From the IMG/VR virus record IMGVR_UViG_3300049186_000017, positions 1-41,655 of that record: 41,655 nucleotides of DNA. One strand, given 5' to 3'. The position numbers were made by a program, and so were the translations under genes. This document shows positions 39,171-41,655 of this stretch, piece by piece (position 1 is the stretch's first letter; each line of letters begins with the position of its first letter). Source of the stretch: a virus. The notes below the pieces were generated by a model. The model searched no databases and was not told where the DNA came from. It was given only the letters and a program-made list of their open reading frames with translations.

Positions 39171-39584
39171 ATGTTTAGGCTTGCGGGCATGCCGGATGTG
39201 TCACGGGATGAACGTCGTCGCTCGCGTTTCGCGACCCTGTTCAATGGCACCTTCAAAGGCGACTCGAAGAAGTTCCTGAAGGCCAGCGGGCTGACCAAAG
39301 GCCGCCTGAGCCAGTACAAGAAACCCGGTTTCCCTTTCGGCGAACGCGCCGCGGCCGCGCTGGCCGAGCGCTTGGGGCTGCGGCCCGACTACTTCGACAC
39401 GGACGTCACGCCGGGCCTGAGCCCGTGGGCCGCCGAGCTGGGCGCACTGATGGACGAGCGCGTTCCTGAGCCGGAGCGCGAGGCGGCGTATTTCCAGTGC
39501 GTTGCGGCGATCGAGCAGTACCTGGAGGCGCGCGCAAAGCTGCGATCCGCCAAGCCCAGGAAAGCGCCCGCTCGTAGTCCGTGA
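39171..39584 (+). CDS. CI-like HTH repressor candidate (138 aa)
   Basis: Distal part of track ORF 38637..39584. KKFLKASGLTKGRLSQYKK...FGERAAAALAERLGL is HTH-like. Divergent from the Cro-like gene. No SD before ATG 39171 (alternative ATG 39189). Confidence 0.65.
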   Translation: MFRLAGMPDVSRDERRRSRFATLFNGTFKGDSKKFLKASGLTKGRLSQYKKPGFPFGERAAAALAERLGLRPDYFDTDVTPGLSPWAAELGALMDERVPEPEREAAYFQCVAAIEQYLEARAKLRSAKPRKAPARSP

Positions 39585-39999
39585 ACACCAGGCGCCCCAC
39601 CCCGCTTTGCGACAGCGCCGCGCAATACCGGCGAAAGAACTGCTCCTGCTCGGGCAGCGTCACCAGCGCCGTCGGGTTGGCGATCGTGCGCGGTGGCCGC
39701 AAGACGGCGCCGGCGGCGCGCAGCATCACGTCGACCTCGACGGCCATCGCAGCGCCCCGGTAGTCGGCCACATGCACCAGCGATTCGGTCTCGTCGTGCC
39801 ACGCGCTGACGTCGGCGAACATCACCGGCAGCACGTCGGTCGTGACGATGCCCATCACGCGCAGCAACGACAGGCCGCCGCTGGCCTCGGCTTCAACGAT
39901 CGCCGTCCGATACGTCCATCGCTGCACGGTGCCCCCTTCGGCCCCCTCCCGCGCGAGATCAGTGTACGTTTGACCGAGGTCAATCGTCCGGGCACTCAA
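39406..39999 (-). CDS. 197-aa protein of unknown function, convergent with and overlapping the repressor gene by 179 nt (moron candidate)
   Basis: Track ORF, TTG start, no SD. Third-position GC is high for codons 1 to ~140, then collapses exactly where the plus-strand repressor gene begins to overlap. Confidence 0.5.
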   Translation of the reverse strand: MSARTIDLGQTYTDLAREGAEGGTVQRWTYRTAIVEAEASGGLSLLRVMGIVTTDVLPVMFADVSAWHDETESLVHVADYRGAAMAVEVDVMLRAAGAVLRPPRTIANPTALVTLPEQEQFFRRYCAALSQSGVGRLVFTDYERALSWAWRIAALRAPPGTARSPQRTGNTPPRAPAQERARPSVRPARRPTGSGPA

Positions 40000-40045
40000 A
40001 TGCGGGGGCAGGGTTCACACCATCCGCAATCCGACGGAGGCTGAC

Positions 40046-40330
40046 ATGCGCCGTTCCAAGTTGCCACACCTGATCGCCATGGCCGCCCTCGCCGGCTGCG
40101 CCAGTACCGGCGTCGTGCAGACCGAGCGCGACCTCTACATGATCGGCAAGAAGCACCCGGCGATGAGCTGGGGCACCTCACCCACGCTGAAGGCCGAGGC
40201 TTACGCGGAAGCGAACGAGTTCTGCGCGCGCGACGGCCGCTCGGTCGAGACGGTCAAGCTCGACGAGATCGGCGCCAGCTTCGCGCGCTCGGCCGGCGTC
40301 GAGCTGCAATTCCGCTGCGTGAAGAAGTAG
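40046..40330 (+). CDS. small lipoprotein (94 aa), moron / superinfection-exclusion candidate
   Basis: Track ORF. MRRSKLPHLIAMAALAGC lipobox. GGAGG RBS. Own terminator downstream. Confidence 0.8.
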   Translation: MRRSKLPHLIAMAALAGCASTGVVQTERDLYMIGKKHPAMSWGTSPTLKAEAYAEANEFCARDGRSVETVKLDEIGASFARSAGVELQFRCVKK

Positions 40331-40354
40331 CGACCACCCACCACTGACCCGTCA

Positions 40355-40377
40355 AGCCCGCCGCGTGCGGGCTTTTT
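40355..40377 (+). terminator. rho-independent terminator after the lipoprotein gene
   Basis: AGCCCGC-cgcgt-GCGGGCT followed by TTTT(T). Confidence 0.8.
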
Positions 40378-40386
40378 CACGCCCAT

Positions 40387-40432
40387 CGGTTTACGATTCA
40401 CTTGACTGTGCGGTTCACTGAGCTTTAAACTC
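40387..40432 (+). promoter_or_regulatory. early promoter/operator module for the plus-strand (PL-like) operon: -35 TTGACT, 16-nt spacer, -10 TTTAAA, two operator sites
   Basis: CGGTTTACGATTCACTTGACTGTGCGGTTCACTGAGCTTTAAACTC. Paralogous to 39122..39167 (minus strand). GGTTCAC occupies the same spacer position in both. Confidence 0.6.
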
Positions 40433-40458
40433 TTGTCCATCGAAACGGGAGATATGCC

Positions 40459-40836
40459 TTGAACGACAACCTGCACACCGCCGCGCTGAACGATGTTCTG
40501 CGCGACAGCGACGAGTTCGCCAACTGGCTGATGGGCGAGTGCTTCAAGCAGCCCGACGTCAGCGCCGAGGCAGCGCGCAAGCTGGCCGCTGACCTGTCGA
40601 TCGGCCGCGCGCTGAACGCCGTACCCGCCTGGCGCACTGCCGAGGTCGTGCACGTGATGCTGACCGACGACGACCCCGCGGTGGTGATGGCGGCGCGCGC
40701 GGTGCTGCGCCAGCGCTTCGCCAATGAGTTCTCGGGCCCGGTGATGCAGCGTGTCTGGGCTGCGCAGGACGCGGCCGACGAGCCGGTGCTGATGGATGAC
40801 GACGTCGGCTGCGAGTTCGACGGGGTCGTGCGGTGA
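40459..40836 (+). CDS. first early gene, acidic protein of unknown function (125 aa)
   Basis: Track ORF. TTG start 7 nt after GGGAG (40447..40451). Confidence 0.68.
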   Translation: MNDNLHTAALNDVLRDSDEFANWLMGECFKQPDVSAEAARKLAADLSIGRALNAVPAWRTAEVVHVMLTDDDPAVVMAARAVLRQRFANEFSGPVMQRVWAAQDAADEPVLMDDDVGCEFDGVVR

Positions 40837-41120
40837 GCGCGCGGCCAACACCGGGGCCGTGGGCCGTGGACTCCTTCATTGAGGCCAACGACGGCTACAA
40901 GGTGCGACGCATCCTCGCTCCGAACGGATGCACGCTGGCCGCGATCCAGCACTGCGCAGAGGATGGGCCCAACGCAACGCTGATGGCTGCGGCGCCTGAT
41001 CTGTTGGCTGCGCTGCGCGACCTGATCGCCTTCGGTGACGCTGACGACCGCCACGCCGAGCGTTGGGACGGTGTCACCGATCGCGCTCGCGCCGCCATCG
41101 CAAAGGCAGAAGGCAAATGA
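40833..41120 (+). CDS. Ead/Ea22-like protein (95 aa)
   Basis: GTG start in a GTGA overlap. PGPWAV...NATLMAAAPDLLAALRDL matches the common Ead/Ea22-type motif (GPW...ANA.L.AAAPELLEAL). Confidence 0.68.
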   Translation: MSARPTPGPWAVDSFIEANDGYKVRRILAPNGCTLAAIQHCAEDGPNATLMAAAPDLLAALRDLIAFGDADDRHAERWDGVTDRARAAIAKAEGK

Positions 41121-41317
41121 ACCGCCTGCACACCACCCCGCCCGAGCCGCTGGGCTGCCGCGAGTGGCGCGCGTTCTTCGATCCCGAGGGACCGCAAGGC
41201 ATGGGCAAGACCGAAGCCGCAGCGATCCGCGATCTCGTCATCGAGCGCGTCGAGTCGTGGACAGCGCACCCGGACGACGTGTCGCGCATCGTCGCGGCGC
41301 TGGAAGCGAAGCCATGA
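41117..41317 (+). CDS. hypothetical protein (66 aa)
   Basis: Distal part of track ORF 41063..41317. ATGA overlaps at both ends. Confidence 0.55.
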   Translation: MNRLHTTPPEPLGCREWRAFFDPEGPQGMGKTEAAAIRDLVIERVESWTAHPDDVSRIVAALEAKP

Positions 41318-41571
41318 GCGATTGGCCCTTGGGCACGCGCGCGGCGCACGCGCAGCGAATGCTCGATCACCTGGAGGTCACCACATCGGCCGAGCGTGAG
41401 CTCGCCGCGGCGGCCGCAGACCGCATGAGCGAGCGCGCCGAACTGCTGGCCATGTGCAAACAACTGCTGTTCGCGCTGGCGTCGGTGCAACTGATCGGCG
41501 GCGCCAACGACAAGCGCGCCGCGCTGTGCGACATAGCGCGCGCGTTGATCAAGCGATGCGAAGGGAGGTGA
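41314..41571 (+). CDS. hypothetical protein (85 aa), spans the circular junction
   Basis: Distal part of track ORF 41035..41571. ATGA overlap upstream. The last 43 nt are repeated at 1..43. Confidence 0.58.
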   Translation: MSDWPLGTRAAHAQRMLDHLEVTTSAERELAAAAADRMSERAELLAMCKQLLFALASVQLIGGANDKRAALCDIARALIKRCEGR

Positions 41572-41655
41572 TGAGATGAACCACGTCCGTGGCTTCCACG
41601 GCCACATGCGCCCGCCGCGGCGCGACACCCGCAAGAGCGGCACGCATCCGGTCGA
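41529..41655. repeat. 127-bp exact terminal overlap, copy 2 (identical to 1..127)
   Basis: See copy 1. Confidence 0.9.

Noticed and set aside
39970-39983. Palindrome TTGACCgaGGTCAA as a bidirectional -35 element for the moron genes
   Set aside because: It lies inside the first codons of the 197-aa ORF, and no acceptable -10 hexamer is at 16-18 nt on either strand. It is kept only as a note.
1-41655. CRISPR arrays, rRNA genes, IS elements or transposases
   Set aside because: No regularly spaced direct repeats with unique spacers, no rRNA-like conserved segments, and no transposase-like ORFs or terminal inverted repeats were found on reading. The only recombinase is the phage integrase.

Overview
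The window is a complete, circularly permuted phage genome. The first and last 127 bp are identical, so the unique length is 41,528 bp. It looks like a visibly GC-rich temperate podovirus-like phage, probably from a Burkholderiales-type host (inference only).

Layout:
(i) A plus-strand early operon starts at a promoter near 40.4 kb and runs through the window junction. It carries small ORFs, an Ead/Ea22-like protein, a PD-(D/E)XK exonuclease plus RecT, Zn-ribbon ORFs, an orphan DPPY DNA methyltransferase, an Xis-like HTH and a tyrosine integrase. attP follows and contains the 3' 47 nt of a tRNA-Cys(GCA).
(ii) A lambda-like immunity region lies at 38.9-40.4 kb. It has a Cro-like HTH (-) and a CI-like HTH (+) that are divergent, two paralogous 46-bp promoter/operator modules, and a small moron island (a 197-aa antisense gene and a lipoprotein with its own terminator).
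(iii) A minus-strand early operon carries the Cro-like gene, an HNH-like gene, a DUF1376 replication protein with an internal iteron cluster, a RuvC-like resolvase and an HTH protein.
(iv) A roughly 29-kb minus-strand late operon runs in this order: portal, Bbp19-like protein, an unusual ~6-kb block (a 1147-aa carbohydrate-enzyme-like protein, two beta-rich proteins and an RYFG-repeat protein), scaffold, major capsid, cement-like protein, T7 gp11-gp16-like tail-tube and internal virion proteins, terS/terL, a pectate-lyase-type tailspike, and a nine-to-ten-gene lysis/late-accessory cassette.

Gene junctions are overwhelmingly 4-nt ATGA/GTGA/TTGA overlaps. No rRNA, intact tRNA, CRISPR array, transposase or reverse transcriptase was seen. 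Many long ORFs in the supplied track are GC-rich shadow frames and are not called.
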